Shown piece by piece: positions 19,903 to 28,794 of a stretch of DNA of 64,000 nucleotides. Within the stretch, counting starts at the first letter, position 1. The number at the start of each line of letters is the position of its first letter. Below the pieces are notes generated by a model that searched no databases, was not told the DNA's origin, and worked only from the letters and a program-made list of their open reading frames with translations. The stretch lies in the IMG/VR virus record IMGVR_UViG_3300044609_000721. The stretch is one strand, 5' to 3'. This stretch comes from a virus. A program made the position numbers and the translations under genes.

Positions 19903-20265
19903 TCAAACTCTACTATAACAAATACTAGCAACACCTTGACTTGGTGAAGCAATAGTAGAAAATGCACCATAGGATAGATCTAGATCCCTACCACCTACAT
20001 AAGGACCACGATCATTCACACGCACAATCACTGATTTACCATTTCGTTGATTCGTCACTCTCAACTTTGTACCAAATGGCAACCACTTGTGTGCTACCGA
20101 TTTCCCATAAGCATTGTATCTTTCTCCATTGGCAGTTGTCTGCCCATGATATCCATCACCGATTCCATAATGTGAGGCGAGGGAACATCCGCTCGCTGCC
20201 TTTGCGGAAAGGGGTGCCAGACCCACCAGACCAAAAGCAAGAATTGAAATTGTTTTAAAAAGCAT
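19903..20265 (-). CDS. rlpA: RlpA-like lytic transglycosylase (DPBB) with N-terminal signal-like segment; probable start MLFKTISIL
   Basis: ASHYG...HGQTTANGERY...AHKWLPFGTKLRVTN..NGKSVIVRVNDRGPYV.GR.LDLSYGAF. Confidence 0.9.
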   Translation of the reverse strand: MLFKTISILAFGLVGLAPLSAKAASGCSLASHYGIGDGYHGQTTANGERYNAYGKSVAHKWLPFGTKLRVTNQRNGKSVIVRVNDRGPYVGGRDLDLSYGAFSTIASPSQGVASICYSRV

Positions 20266-20275
20266 TAATTTTGAT

Positions 20276-20340
20276 AGAACTCTACATCCCAATAGAAGGG
20301 GGGTATACCACCCCTCTCGGGGGGCACCTTCCTGGGCTCT
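20276..20340 (-). ncRNA. Candidate structured 5' leader of rlpA
   Basis: GC-rich nested stems AGAGC/GTTCT, CCCA/TGGG, GGAAGG/CCTTCT, CCCC-GAGA-GGGG. Confidence 0.5.
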
Positions 20341-20386
20341 AAATGATAGTAGTCAAGTGCTTCATGACAAAAAAATCTACTATCAA

Positions 20387-20458
20387 TGGGCGATACTGGA
20401 TTCGAACCAGTGACCATCTCCGTGTAAAGGAGGCACTCTACCGCTGAGTTAATCGCCC
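20387..20458 (-). tRNA. trnV: tRNA-Val(UAC)
   Basis: GGGCGAT/ATCGCCC acceptor, CCTCC-TT TAC AC-GGAGA, GTTCGAAT. Confidence 0.93.
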
Positions 20459-20893
20459 AAAATGATAGTAGTCTTTGCTACCCCATATCAGTTTATTGTC
20501 TATATAACCCGCATCGCGTGTCATAAGTACATTATTATGTAGTTTGAATTCGGAACGGAGATTTGCACCGCGAACGATACACTCCGTTCCGATATTTTTA
20601 CCAAACCACGTATTATCCCTAAATGTAATCAGTACATCACATTTATTGTTCTTGGTACCATCATCATTCCAACATTGCAATAAAATCCCAGATTCTGTTT
20701 CAATAAAAGTGTTTAACCTTTTTCGGTAAGGTTCGTTTTCTCCCATATAGTGATACCACTGTTTGGAAAGATACTTATCTTCACCGACATATTCCCAAGA
20801 AGAAAGAATCCAGGCATATTTAGTTGGGTTGCTGAACGCTTGGTCTTTGTTTGACCAGCGACCAAGCAGGTGTCTCAAGAACTCCGTTATCAT
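20438..20893 (-). CDS. cpeT: T-type phycobiliprotein lyase (CpeT/CpcT-like)
   Basis: LLGRWSNKDQAFSNP..YAWI...QWY......PYR...CD......W.G...CIVRG...D.G....IWG. Confidence 0.8.
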   Translation of the reverse strand: MITEFLRHLLGRWSNKDQAFSNPTKYAWILSSWEYVGEDKYLSKQWYHYMGENEPYRKRLNTFIETESGILLQCWNDDGTKNNKCDVLITFRDNTWFGKNIGTECIVRGANLRSEFKLHNNVLMTRDAGYIDNKLIWGSKDYYHFGRLTQR

Positions 20894-20913
20894 AGCACAA
20901 GATCAGTGGGGTG

Positions 20914-21126
20914 TCAAACGTCGTAGATGCGGCACTCGTCTGCGTGAGGGTTGTCGTTGCAGTATAGCTCTAATGCAGTTGGATCCCTATCTTCATTTGG
21001 ATGATTTGCCTTATATGATTCTAGAGATTTCAACTCTTCTTCAGTATGCCTTCTTTGCTGTGGAGAAGTTGTTGGATTATCTAGGATATCGGCATCATAT
21101 TTAATATGCTTATCGATACTATCCAT
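20914..21126 (-). CDS. cp12: CP12 Calvin-cycle inhibitor, cyanophage type
   Basis: C-terminal LELYCNDNPHADECRIYD motif. Confidence 0.88.
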   Translation of the reverse strand: MDSIDKHIKYDADILDNPTTSPQQRRHTEEELKSLESYKANHPNEDRDPTALELYCNDNPHADECRIYDV

Positions 21127-21152
21127 AGAATTGTAAAAAATAGAAGTTAATA

Positions 21153-22490
21153 TTATTTAGGAGTAGCATCTCCTAGGGAATCTTTGACCAAATCAAGTTC
21201 ACTGATAAGTGATTCACCACCAGAATACTTATGGCGGACTCCTGCAATAATATACAACCCCGTATAAATTTTGTCAAGTTGAATTTTTCCTTTTTCGGTA
21301 ACAGTGTCTGGAATCTCAACAAAGACAGAATTACCTGCGTTAAGTTTTAAATATCCAGGAACTTTAATTGATAACTTAATTGCCTCAAAATTAACTTTCC
21401 TACAATGAGTATAGATTGCAGTATCTTCCCATCTGCTTATATACTCACCAGTAGATGGTTGTATTTCCTTGGCTTTATCACTATCCCATAAATGCAATTG
21501 ATTTGCTCTATACCTAACTCTTCTTGGAGTTTGCATTAGAGATTTTATACCTTGATCACCCTCTTCATATGGTTTGATGTTGCCAAGATGTTCCATCTTA
21601 TTATAAACATCAAGTATATTAAAGTAACTTCCACCGTAGGGTATTTCTGGACTACCATTAGTTGGTACCTTTGAGTTGGATATAAAGTCTAGTGAGACTC
21701 CAACAAAAGCACCAGACCAATGACCATTCCTAACAGCATATAAAGAATCAAATAGATTTGGAAATGATATTGATTGTATATTGAATATATCCTTTCCTGT
21801 ACTATCTTCTCCTAAATTTTTCATAAAGTATCCATAGGTTGGAACTGTCCTATTGGTCTTTTTCTTATATTCTTCCTTTGCATCTTTGATGATTTTATCA
21901 AATGATTTGAAGTGGAATCCATCTGGATTCTCATAGAAAATAAATCCAGATTGTTTTTGATTTTCACTTCGAACTGCTTTAGATCCCAACCAGTTAACAA
22001 CATCAAAAGGTCTCCAGTTCGGAACTACACATTTAATATTATCCTTTGTTTTTTCTATGAAAATACCTTTCTTTGTGCCAAGTTCATTCGTAAGAATTTC
22101 ACTTATAACTTCATCTGCTCTTTTATCTTTATAGCACTTGAAGATATTGGTAACTTCATTAAGTATAAATTCATTGGATACACACTCAAGAACATACTTC
22201 TCATTCTTCTCATATCTAACTCTAGGCCCAATACGATAAATTCTCATGAAATAAGTGTGAGTTCCAGTGAGAGTATCCTCAAGAATAATCTCTACCATCT
22301 CATTACCCTTCAACGTCTTGATCATTCCTACCGAGTCGTTGATAGCAATGGTCATTCTCATGCATGGAAAATCTAGAGATTGAATAATATTAATCTCATT
22401 AACTAGAGACTCCCAGTTATCAGACTTTTGCTTAAGATCACTCGTAGTAAATCTTGCAGAATGTAGTTTTGTTTGTACTGACTGTGACAT
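21153..22490 (-). CDS. Baseplate hub-like protein (gp27/GpD-type), putative
   Basis: Position in baseplate cluster; GFIFYEN.DGFHFKS and G.YIIAGVRHKY motifs. Confidence 0.6.
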   Translation of the reverse strand: MSQSVQTKLHSARFTTSDLKQKSDNWESLVNEINIIQSLDFPCMRMTIAINDSVGMIKTLKGNEMVEIILEDTLTGTHTYFMRIYRIGPRVRYEKNEKYVLECVSNEFILNEVTNIFKCYKDKRADEVISEILTNELGTKKGIFIEKTKDNIKCVVPNWRPFDVVNWLGSKAVRSENQKQSGFIFYENPDGFHFKSFDKIIKDAKEEYKKKTNRTVPTYGYFMKNLGEDSTGKDIFNIQSISFPNLFDSLYAVRNGHWSGAFVGVSLDFISNSKVPTNGSPEIPYGGSYFNILDVYNKMEHLGNIKPYEEGDQGIKSLMQTPRRVRYRANQLHLWDSDKAKEIQPSTGEYISRWEDTAIYTHCRKVNFEAIKLSIKVPGYLKLNAGNSVFVEIPDTVTEKGKIQLDKIYTGLYIIAGVRHKYSGGESLISELDLVKDSLGDATPK

Positions 22491-22496
22491 AATAGA

Positions 22497-25469
22497 TTAT
22501 GCGAATTTCCAAGAATATTGAATTAATGATGTAGTAGGATTTAGTGCTTCAATTGGTAGATTTCTACTTGGTCCTGGCGCTGGAAGTATTATTGGTTTTG
22601 CTGGTGATGTCTGAACCTGGGTCTGTGTTTGATTCTGTTGTTTAATTGCGCCTGCAGCGACCGAAGATGCCCCTGCAACAGCAGCGACGGCTGCTGCCTT
22701 GGTCTGACTCTTTAATTTATCCTTCTCCGCTTCTGCTGACGTTGTGGCGCTAGTTAGGGAAGGAGAAGATGCTGGTGCAGGTGATAGACCTAATGCTACA
22801 TTCAACTTATTAAATGTTTCAGCAAGTCCAGTAATACCTGCCATCTCATCTTCAGTTTCAACTGGTATTTGATTTTCAGTGTCTGTAGATGGTCCAGATC
22901 CTGGTTTTGCCCCCTGTATAGGTTTACCACCAATAGTAATGTCCTTCAATGCTCCACTAACAAGAGGATCTAATGATGTCCCCTTACCAAAATCTTGCTT
23001 TGTTCTGTGCTCAAAGTGTAGGTGAGGTCCAGTACCTATTCCAGTATTACCTAAGGTACCAATTTTAGATCCTGGAACTACTGTGTCTCCCCTCTTAACA
23101 AAAAATCCATCCAAATGAGCAAATCTAAGAATTTTTGATGGACCAACTTGCAAATCAACAGTATTTCCATATCCACTATAACTTCCAGCATAGAGAACCT
23201 TACCTCCAGTAATAGAAGTTATAGGAGTTCCTCTAGGTACTCCAGCGAGATCAATACCAGCGTGCCAACGACCCCATCTAGGACCATATTTTGACGTAAT
23301 AACCGCTCCACCTGAAGTAGCCGTTCTTAGTCCTTCATCACCTGATCCTTTCTCCTCTTTAACTTTTCCACCCTTAGCATATTGGGGAAGAGCGTATCCT
23401 CCAGACTTTGCTTGCTTAAATCTAGAAGAAGTAAGTCCCTTGTTATTCTTAGTTGCTGGAGTATCAAATGGAATTACAAATGCACTATCAGATGCTCCAC
23501 CTGCTGCTTTCTTAAATCCAACCCATTCAGTACCATGACCAATGAATGAAGTAGACATTCCACCATCAAGAGAGACGGGATATCCAGACATAGGACCAGA
23601 AATCCATCCACCCTTAGAAGCTTCTTGCTCTTTCTTTGCAGCATCAATTAACTTCTGCTTGTTCTTAATATCATCTTGTGTGATATATTTAAGGTCCAAT
23701 CCCTTTTGAGCAGCATTATTAACAAAGTATGCTCTTACTTGATTAAATGCTTTCTGTCTAATTGCTGCATTTTTGTTTCCAGAGATATCAATTTGATTTC
23801 CAAATGCCCAATCTTGAAATACCTCATAGTCACCATTGGTAGCATTGATTATTACTCTGTAAGGTTTTCCATCTGGTCCCTTAAATTTAACTTCGCCTCC
23901 CTTTCTGTCTCCTGCTTTAGAACTGAATTGAGAACCAGTTTGAGATGCTTGCCCAGCATCCATTGCTTTAGTTGCACCTTCTCTTCCTTGATCTGCACTT
24001 CCAGCACCTTGAGCACCAGCGGCTAGAGCAGATGCTGATGTATTATCTATTGAATCTGGTGGAGTTGCTGTTGGAGTTGTTGTACCCCCAATCTTATTGG
24101 CAATTACTTGCCCCGCAACCATCAAATCAGTAAGCAATCCAAGAACAGTATTATCACCCTTCCTGGTAAACTTCGTCTCTGTAGTTTTAACAGTCTTTCC
24201 TCTACCATACAGTTTCTGTAGTGAGGATTCTTTAGTCTTTCCTTTCTGTGGTTCAGCAGTTTTAGTCTGCCCAGATAATTTCTTAACTAAAGAAGAAGGA
24301 ACTCCAAAACTATTTGCAACTGGTGCAATAATATCGCTAAGAATTGGACTTAGTTTAGATGCAGGTCCACCAGTTTGTCCAACAACGCTTGAAATAGCAC
24401 CAATAATACCAGCACCAATTCCCTTGAATGGTGCCATGTATAGATCAGAAAGATTCTTCGCTTTCGCTTTATCTGGTTTATTGGTATCAGTACCTAAAGT
24501 AGATAGTGGTTTGATACCAGCATCACGAATTCTCTTCTTATTATCTAAAGGAATCTTGACTTCTGGACCCCTCTCACCCATTACTGCCTGGGTTGGTCTA
24601 GTTACGATTCCACCATCTTTCAAGTGAGGAGCCTCAGATTCACCCTGAGACATGCTTCCTCCGATAGCCGCAGCAGTTCCAACAGCAGCGGCGGCACCTA
24701 ATAGACGCCCTGCCTTTCCGCCTCCACGAATTGCTCCACCAGAAGACCTTCTACCTTTTAATAGTTTAGATGCTTGACTTACAGACTTCCAAATAGTTTG
24801 AAGTACAAACTTAACTCCACTTAGAAGTAACTTTGGGTTTTTGAGGAATGTGAATCCAAGAAGCAGAGATCCAAATCCAACAATAAACGTACCAAATCCC
24901 TTAAGTCTATCCCAGAACCCAAGATTGCTGTCAAGCATTGCTGCAAGACCATCAAGAGTTTTAGTAATATTGTCAGTTATGAATGTTTTCAGAAAATCAA
25001 ATACACCTACTATTGCTTCCCATATCTTAGATAATTTCTGCTGATTTGCTGGGTTAGCAATCCACCTCAGAACAGATTGGGTAATTACTGCTCTCATCAG
25101 GAACCCACCGAGCTCCATGAGTCCTTCAAAAAATCCTCCAATTGCAGGAAGTACTGCTTTAGTTACATTAGACTCTAATTTAGTAAGTCCGCTAGATCCT
25201 TTCTTATTCTTATCTGCCCTTTCCTTCTGAAATTGTTTCTTCTCATCCTCAAGTTCCTTAGACTTCAACTTAAGGTTTTTGATGAGAGTATCACGAATCT
25301 GAGTATTAATTACAATTGTAGAATTTAGGGTGGCGCCCATTCTGTTAAATGCTGTTGCAAATGCAGAATAAGAAGATGCTGCAACTCCACCCGATTTAGA
25401 TACCTTAGGTACCGTAACCATTTTATAGAATACTGTTTTTGGTTTGGAGGTAGGAATTGCGGATGGCAT
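22497..25469 (-). CDS. Tape-measure-like tail protein with M23 metallopeptidase domain
   Basis: Helical N-terminus; ITSKYGPRW...HAGIDLA...YGN.V...FAHL...GTGPHLHFE. Confidence 0.8.
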   Translation of the reverse strand: MPSAIPTSKPKTVFYKMVTVPKVSKSGGVAASSYSAFATAFNRMGATLNSTIVINTQIRDTLIKNLKLKSKELEDEKKQFQKERADKNKKGSSGLTKLESNVTKAVLPAIGGFFEGLMELGGFLMRAVITQSVLRWIANPANQQKLSKIWEAIVGVFDFLKTFITDNITKTLDGLAAMLDSNLGFWDRLKGFGTFIVGFGSLLLGFTFLKNPKLLLSGVKFVLQTIWKSVSQASKLLKGRRSSGGAIRGGGKAGRLLGAAAAVGTAAAIGGSMSQGESEAPHLKDGGIVTRPTQAVMGERGPEVKIPLDNKKRIRDAGIKPLSTLGTDTNKPDKAKAKNLSDLYMAPFKGIGAGIIGAISSVVGQTGGPASKLSPILSDIIAPVANSFGVPSSLVKKLSGQTKTAEPQKGKTKESSLQKLYGRGKTVKTTETKFTRKGDNTVLGLLTDLMVAGQVIANKIGGTTTPTATPPDSIDNTSASALAAGAQGAGSADQGREGATKAMDAGQASQTGSQFSSKAGDRKGGEVKFKGPDGKPYRVIINATNGDYEVFQDWAFGNQIDISGNKNAAIRQKAFNQVRAYFVNNAAQKGLDLKYITQDDIKNKQKLIDAAKKEQEASKGGWISGPMSGYPVSLDGGMSTSFIGHGTEWVGFKKAAGGASDSAFVIPFDTPATKNNKGLTSSRFKQAKSGGYALPQYAKGGKVKEEKGSGDEGLRTATSGGAVITSKYGPRWGRWHAGIDLAGVPRGTPITSITGGKVLYAGSYSGYGNTVDLQVGPSKILRFAHLDGFFVKRGDTVVPGSKIGTLGNTGIGTGPHLHFEHRTKQDFGKGTSLDPLVSGALKDITIGGKPIQGAKPGSGPSTDTENQIPVETEDEMAGITGLAETFNKLNVALGLSPAPASSPSLTSATTSAEAEKDKLKSQTKAAAVAAVAGASSVAAGAIKQQNQTQTQVQTSPAKPIILPAPGPSRNLPIEALNPTTSLIQYSWKFA

Positions 25470-25543
25470 ATATTAACCCTTTTGTAACATTTCTTAACAT
25501 TCCTTTTTCATGATTTTTGGCGGCGCTTCGGAACGCCCCCTCG

Positions 25544-28500
25544 TCAAAAACCGTTGGTAATTGGATTTTGCGATCTAATTACCTGTGGTGATTCATAAAT
25601 TATAGTTTGATTACTACCAATATTTAGTGGTATGGGAGCAACCAATACCGATGGTGAATCTTCAATAGTCTTAGTGATTTGACTAGATTGTGAAGATTGT
25701 GATAGTTGTGCTCCAGAAACATTTGGTTTACTCGGAGAGATTTTTGGTGCTGGTGGCAGAACTGCTGGTGCTGGTGGTTTTTCAGTTTGTACTGGTTTTA
25801 ATCCCAATGCAGAATTGAGTTTATCAAATACATCAACCAGATTCACCAATGCCTTCAATGGATCTTCTTCAACTTCCTGCGATGCTGATGGTGAACTAGT
25901 AGAATCCGTACTAGGAGTCATACTCGATGCATTCAACTTCTCAAAGTGCCATGGTTCAAACCCACCTTTAGCCCAATCAGGTAGTCCCCATCCATATGCA
26001 GAACCTTTATTATTGATCCAGTTTTGTGATTTTGCAGCACCAATATCAAGAGCAAGTCCCCAACCATGCTTAGATGTTCCAGGTTTTGCTGCCATACCTC
26101 TAGGTTTGGTATTAAACATATAGACCTGACCATCATAATCACGATAAGATCCAGTGATATCTGAAACTAGATCCACACCATCTTTTTTAGCAGCACCAAC
26201 CATTGATTTGAATGATTGTGCTACCTCACCCTTCCTTAATTTATGACCTCTCCCAACATCTTCTAAAGCAGAACTTGGTAGTTTCCCATTCTCATACTTA
26301 CCACCAGTTGCAAATTTAACCATTCCACCAATTGCTTCACCTTTCAATCTAGAAAGTTCACTTTTATCCTTTGGTGGTTTAGTTCCCTGCACAATCTGAT
26401 TTACATTCCTACCTACTCCAGGAGGAGGTACAGTACCCCCCTGTGCTTTTTTCACATTACTCTGCTTAACCTTAGATAGAGCATCTCTAATCGTACTAGG
26501 CTTCATGCTGCTGCTCTGACCCTTATACTTAAATCTACCATAAGCATCAGGCAAGGAAGCAAACTCATATGCCAACCCATCCATGAATGCTTCATCACTC
26601 ATCTGACCACTTAACCACCTTGATCCTCCACGGTTCTGCTCAATATTAACCTTAGATACAATTAGATCTTGATTTGCTGGACTGTACATATCTTTATCTG
26701 GATTCAATCCTGCTGCTTTTGCTCTACTTACGAGGTACTCAGGAAGTTGTTGGTACTTACCTACAGCACCAGTTGCTCTTCTAGCAACCTCAGCGATAGT
26801 CATCTTTGTAGCACCATTGAGAGTGGTACTTGGATACATCGCCTCATAATTACCCCCAGATTCCTTTCCAGCAATAAGATCAAGAAGGGCAGCCCAATCA
26901 CCAGTAGCACCTCCAGAAACTCCTCCAGAAGGAGCGCCACCTGCTGAAGCACCTCCTCCACCACCTGCAGAAAAATCTTTAGTCGTAAGCAGCGCAAAAA
27001 CACCCAAGACGTTTGCAAGAGCACCTCTTAGATTGTCCATAGTATTATTTGTTTTACCAACATTAAACGTTGGGTTTCTCTCACCAATATACTTGAGTTC
27101 TACGTCTTCAGACTCTTTAAGTTTATTCTGTAAGTTAGTCTTCGACTTAACTACGGACTTACTCAAACTATCTCCACCAGCGGCAGCAGAAACATTTCCC
27201 AACCCGAAAAGTTGCTTTGCTTTATTAATATCTCCCGATAGTAATTGCTTTGCAATTTCACCAGAAGAACCCATTCTCTCAAATGATGAGTTAACTGATG
27301 AAACAAGTGTTGCAGCAATATTACCAGACATTGCTGTTGATAATTTTGCAAGAGGAATAACTGCCTCTGGTCCTTTCTCACCAATCAATGCCTGAGTTGG
27401 TTTTGTTACTAATCCACCTTCAGCGAGTGCTGGTGGAGCGATCCAATCATAAAGTTTAGATGACAACCAATCTCCAATGATACCACCAACAATACCACCC
27501 GCTGCTGTACCTGCAACAGGTAGGATTGCGGATCCAACTGCAGCACCAATACCTGCACCAATACCAGATCCAATAGCAATTACAGCAGATCTAGCAATAG
27601 GTTCCTTGAAGATTAAAGTCCTAACAGCGAAGTCAATCAGAGGACCGATAATAGGAATTCTTCTGAAAATCTTTCCTACTGCTTTACCCAAAAACTTCCC
27701 ACTGGATCTAGAGGCCGCTTTACCTGCAGCACCACCTGCTGATGGTTTACCCGATGTTGGTTTTGTTTTACCTGATGTTGGTTTTGTTTTACCTGATGTA
27801 TCTACATCCGCACCGCCATCGGATTTAAGTAAGTCTAGGGTATTAAGAACATCTCCCAATAAGGAAAATGGATTTAGCAGATACCCTAGAGCCTTAAACC
27901 CAGCAATACCAATCAGAATCTGCCCAAGACCACCGAGAACTTGCTTGAATCTATCGAACCCCTGCTTGTCCCCAGTTCCAAATACAGATGATACCCCAGT
28001 GAGGAAATTATCTATTGACTTATATGCAACATTATAGATGAATCCGAAGATCTTTGCTGCACTATTAACAAAACTCTGAATGTTCTTACCATTCTTAGGA
28101 TCAGCAATCCACTTCAATATCCCTTGAGTTATAAGTGCTCTAGCAGCAAATGTAACAATGGATTCAAATGGTTTGAAGAATTCTTCCAACCATCCTAAAT
28201 TTTTTGATACTTCTTTCTTCCCTTCCTTTTCAACATTCGTAGATACGCTTGATTTTTTACCAAGACTTTCCTGCTTATCTTCCGATTGTTGATCTTTTCT
28301 ATATTGCTCTTTTCTCTTGGCAAATTGACCACTGCTCACCAGATACTGATTATCAGTCTGAATGATAGTGAGTATTTGCTTTTGTACTTTACCTAAAGAT
28401 TCTACTGAAGCCCCAATTCTATTCACAGATAAAAGAACACTACGGGCAGACTTAATACTGGACATAGATCCTCCAGTAATCTGCTTTCCACCCGCAATGA

Positions 28501-28579
28501 TTGCAGCACCCTGACGAGATCCAGAAGTAATCAAACTAGGATTTACAAACTTATATGGTTTGATAGTACTTGAAAACAT
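25544..28579 (-). CDS. Tape-measure-like tail protein with lysozyme-like domain and VanY/M15 D-Ala-D-Ala peptidase domain
   Basis: LLDLIAGKESGGNY...AVGKYQ; SYR...AAKPGTSKHGWGLALD...EPWHF. Confidence 0.8.
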   Translation of the reverse strand: MFSSTIKPYKFVNPSLITSGSRQGAAIIAGGKQITGGSMSSIKSARSVLLSVNRIGASVESLGKVQKQILTIIQTDNQYLVSSGQFAKRKEQYRKDQQSEDKQESLGKKSSVSTNVEKEGKKEVSKNLGWLEEFFKPFESIVTFAARALITQGILKWIADPKNGKNIQSFVNSAAKIFGFIYNVAYKSIDNFLTGVSSVFGTGDKQGFDRFKQVLGGLGQILIGIAGFKALGYLLNPFSLLGDVLNTLDLLKSDGGADVDTSGKTKPTSGKTKPTSGKPSAGGAAGKAASRSSGKFLGKAVGKIFRRIPIIGPLIDFAVRTLIFKEPIARSAVIAIGSGIGAGIGAAVGSAILPVAGTAAGGIVGGIIGDWLSSKLYDWIAPPALAEGGLVTKPTQALIGEKGPEAVIPLAKLSTAMSGNIAATLVSSVNSSFERMGSSGEIAKQLLSGDINKAKQLFGLGNVSAAAGGDSLSKSVVKSKTNLQNKLKESEDVELKYIGERNPTFNVGKTNNTMDNLRGALANVLGVFALLTTKDFSAGGGGGASAGGAPSGGVSGGATGDWAALLDLIAGKESGGNYEAMYPSTTLNGATKMTIAEVARRATGAVGKYQQLPEYLVSRAKAAGLNPDKDMYSPANQDLIVSKVNIEQNRGGSRWLSGQMSDEAFMDGLAYEFASLPDAYGRFKYKGQSSSMKPSTIRDALSKVKQSNVKKAQGGTVPPPGVGRNVNQIVQGTKPPKDKSELSRLKGEAIGGMVKFATGGKYENGKLPSSALEDVGRGHKLRKGEVAQSFKSMVGAAKKDGVDLVSDITGSYRDYDGQVYMFNTKPRGMAAKPGTSKHGWGLALDIGAAKSQNWINNKGSAYGWGLPDWAKGGFEPWHFEKLNASSMTPSTDSTSSPSASQEVEEDPLKALVNLVDVFDKLNSALGLKPVQTEKPPAPAVLPPAPKISPSKPNVSGAQLSQSSQSSQITKTIEDSPSVLVAPIPLNIGSNQTIIYESPQVIRSQNPITNGF
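27753..27794. repeat. Two exact 21-bp tandem repeats (SGKTKPT units) in a linker
   Basis: gatgttggttttgttttacct x2 plus partial copies. Confidence 0.8.
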
Positions 28580-28794
28580 TATAGACTCGACCTACCTTGT
28601 GATTGCTGTTGTTGTTTCTTATATTTCTCCTCTTCTTCCTTAAGATGACTGAGAAGTTTATCAACATAAAATTGTTTCTCCCAAGGTACCATGTTCTCTA
28701 GATCCGAGTAAGACCACTTATGATAGTGAATTAATGCAAAATTAGTTTCCAAGTGGTTCTCTAAACTAGAGTGTAATAGGGCTATTCGAAAAAA
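28579..28794 (-). CDS. gp51: gp51-like baseplate hub assembly protein, not in the ORF track; no ATG before the conserved part (frame FFRIALLHSSLENHLETNFALIHYHKWSYSDLENMVPWEKQFYVDKLL...)
   Basis: Manual translation; LEN..TNFAL..H.K.S...LENM.PWE motif of T4-like cyanophage gp51; stop TAA overlaps next ATG. Confidence 0.8.
   Translation of the reverse strand, partial: FFRIALLHSSLENHLETNFALIHYHKWSYSDLENMVPWEKQFYVDKLLSHLKEEEEKYKKQQQQSQGRSSL

Noticed and set aside
15774-20458. Scattered tRNAs as prophage attachment sites
   Set aside because: No integrase and no duplicated tRNA 3' ends were seen; the context is a lytic T4-like phage.
27753-27794. 21-bp tandem repeat as a phase-variation device
   Set aside because: In-frame unit length in a low-complexity linker; copy-number change would not switch expression.
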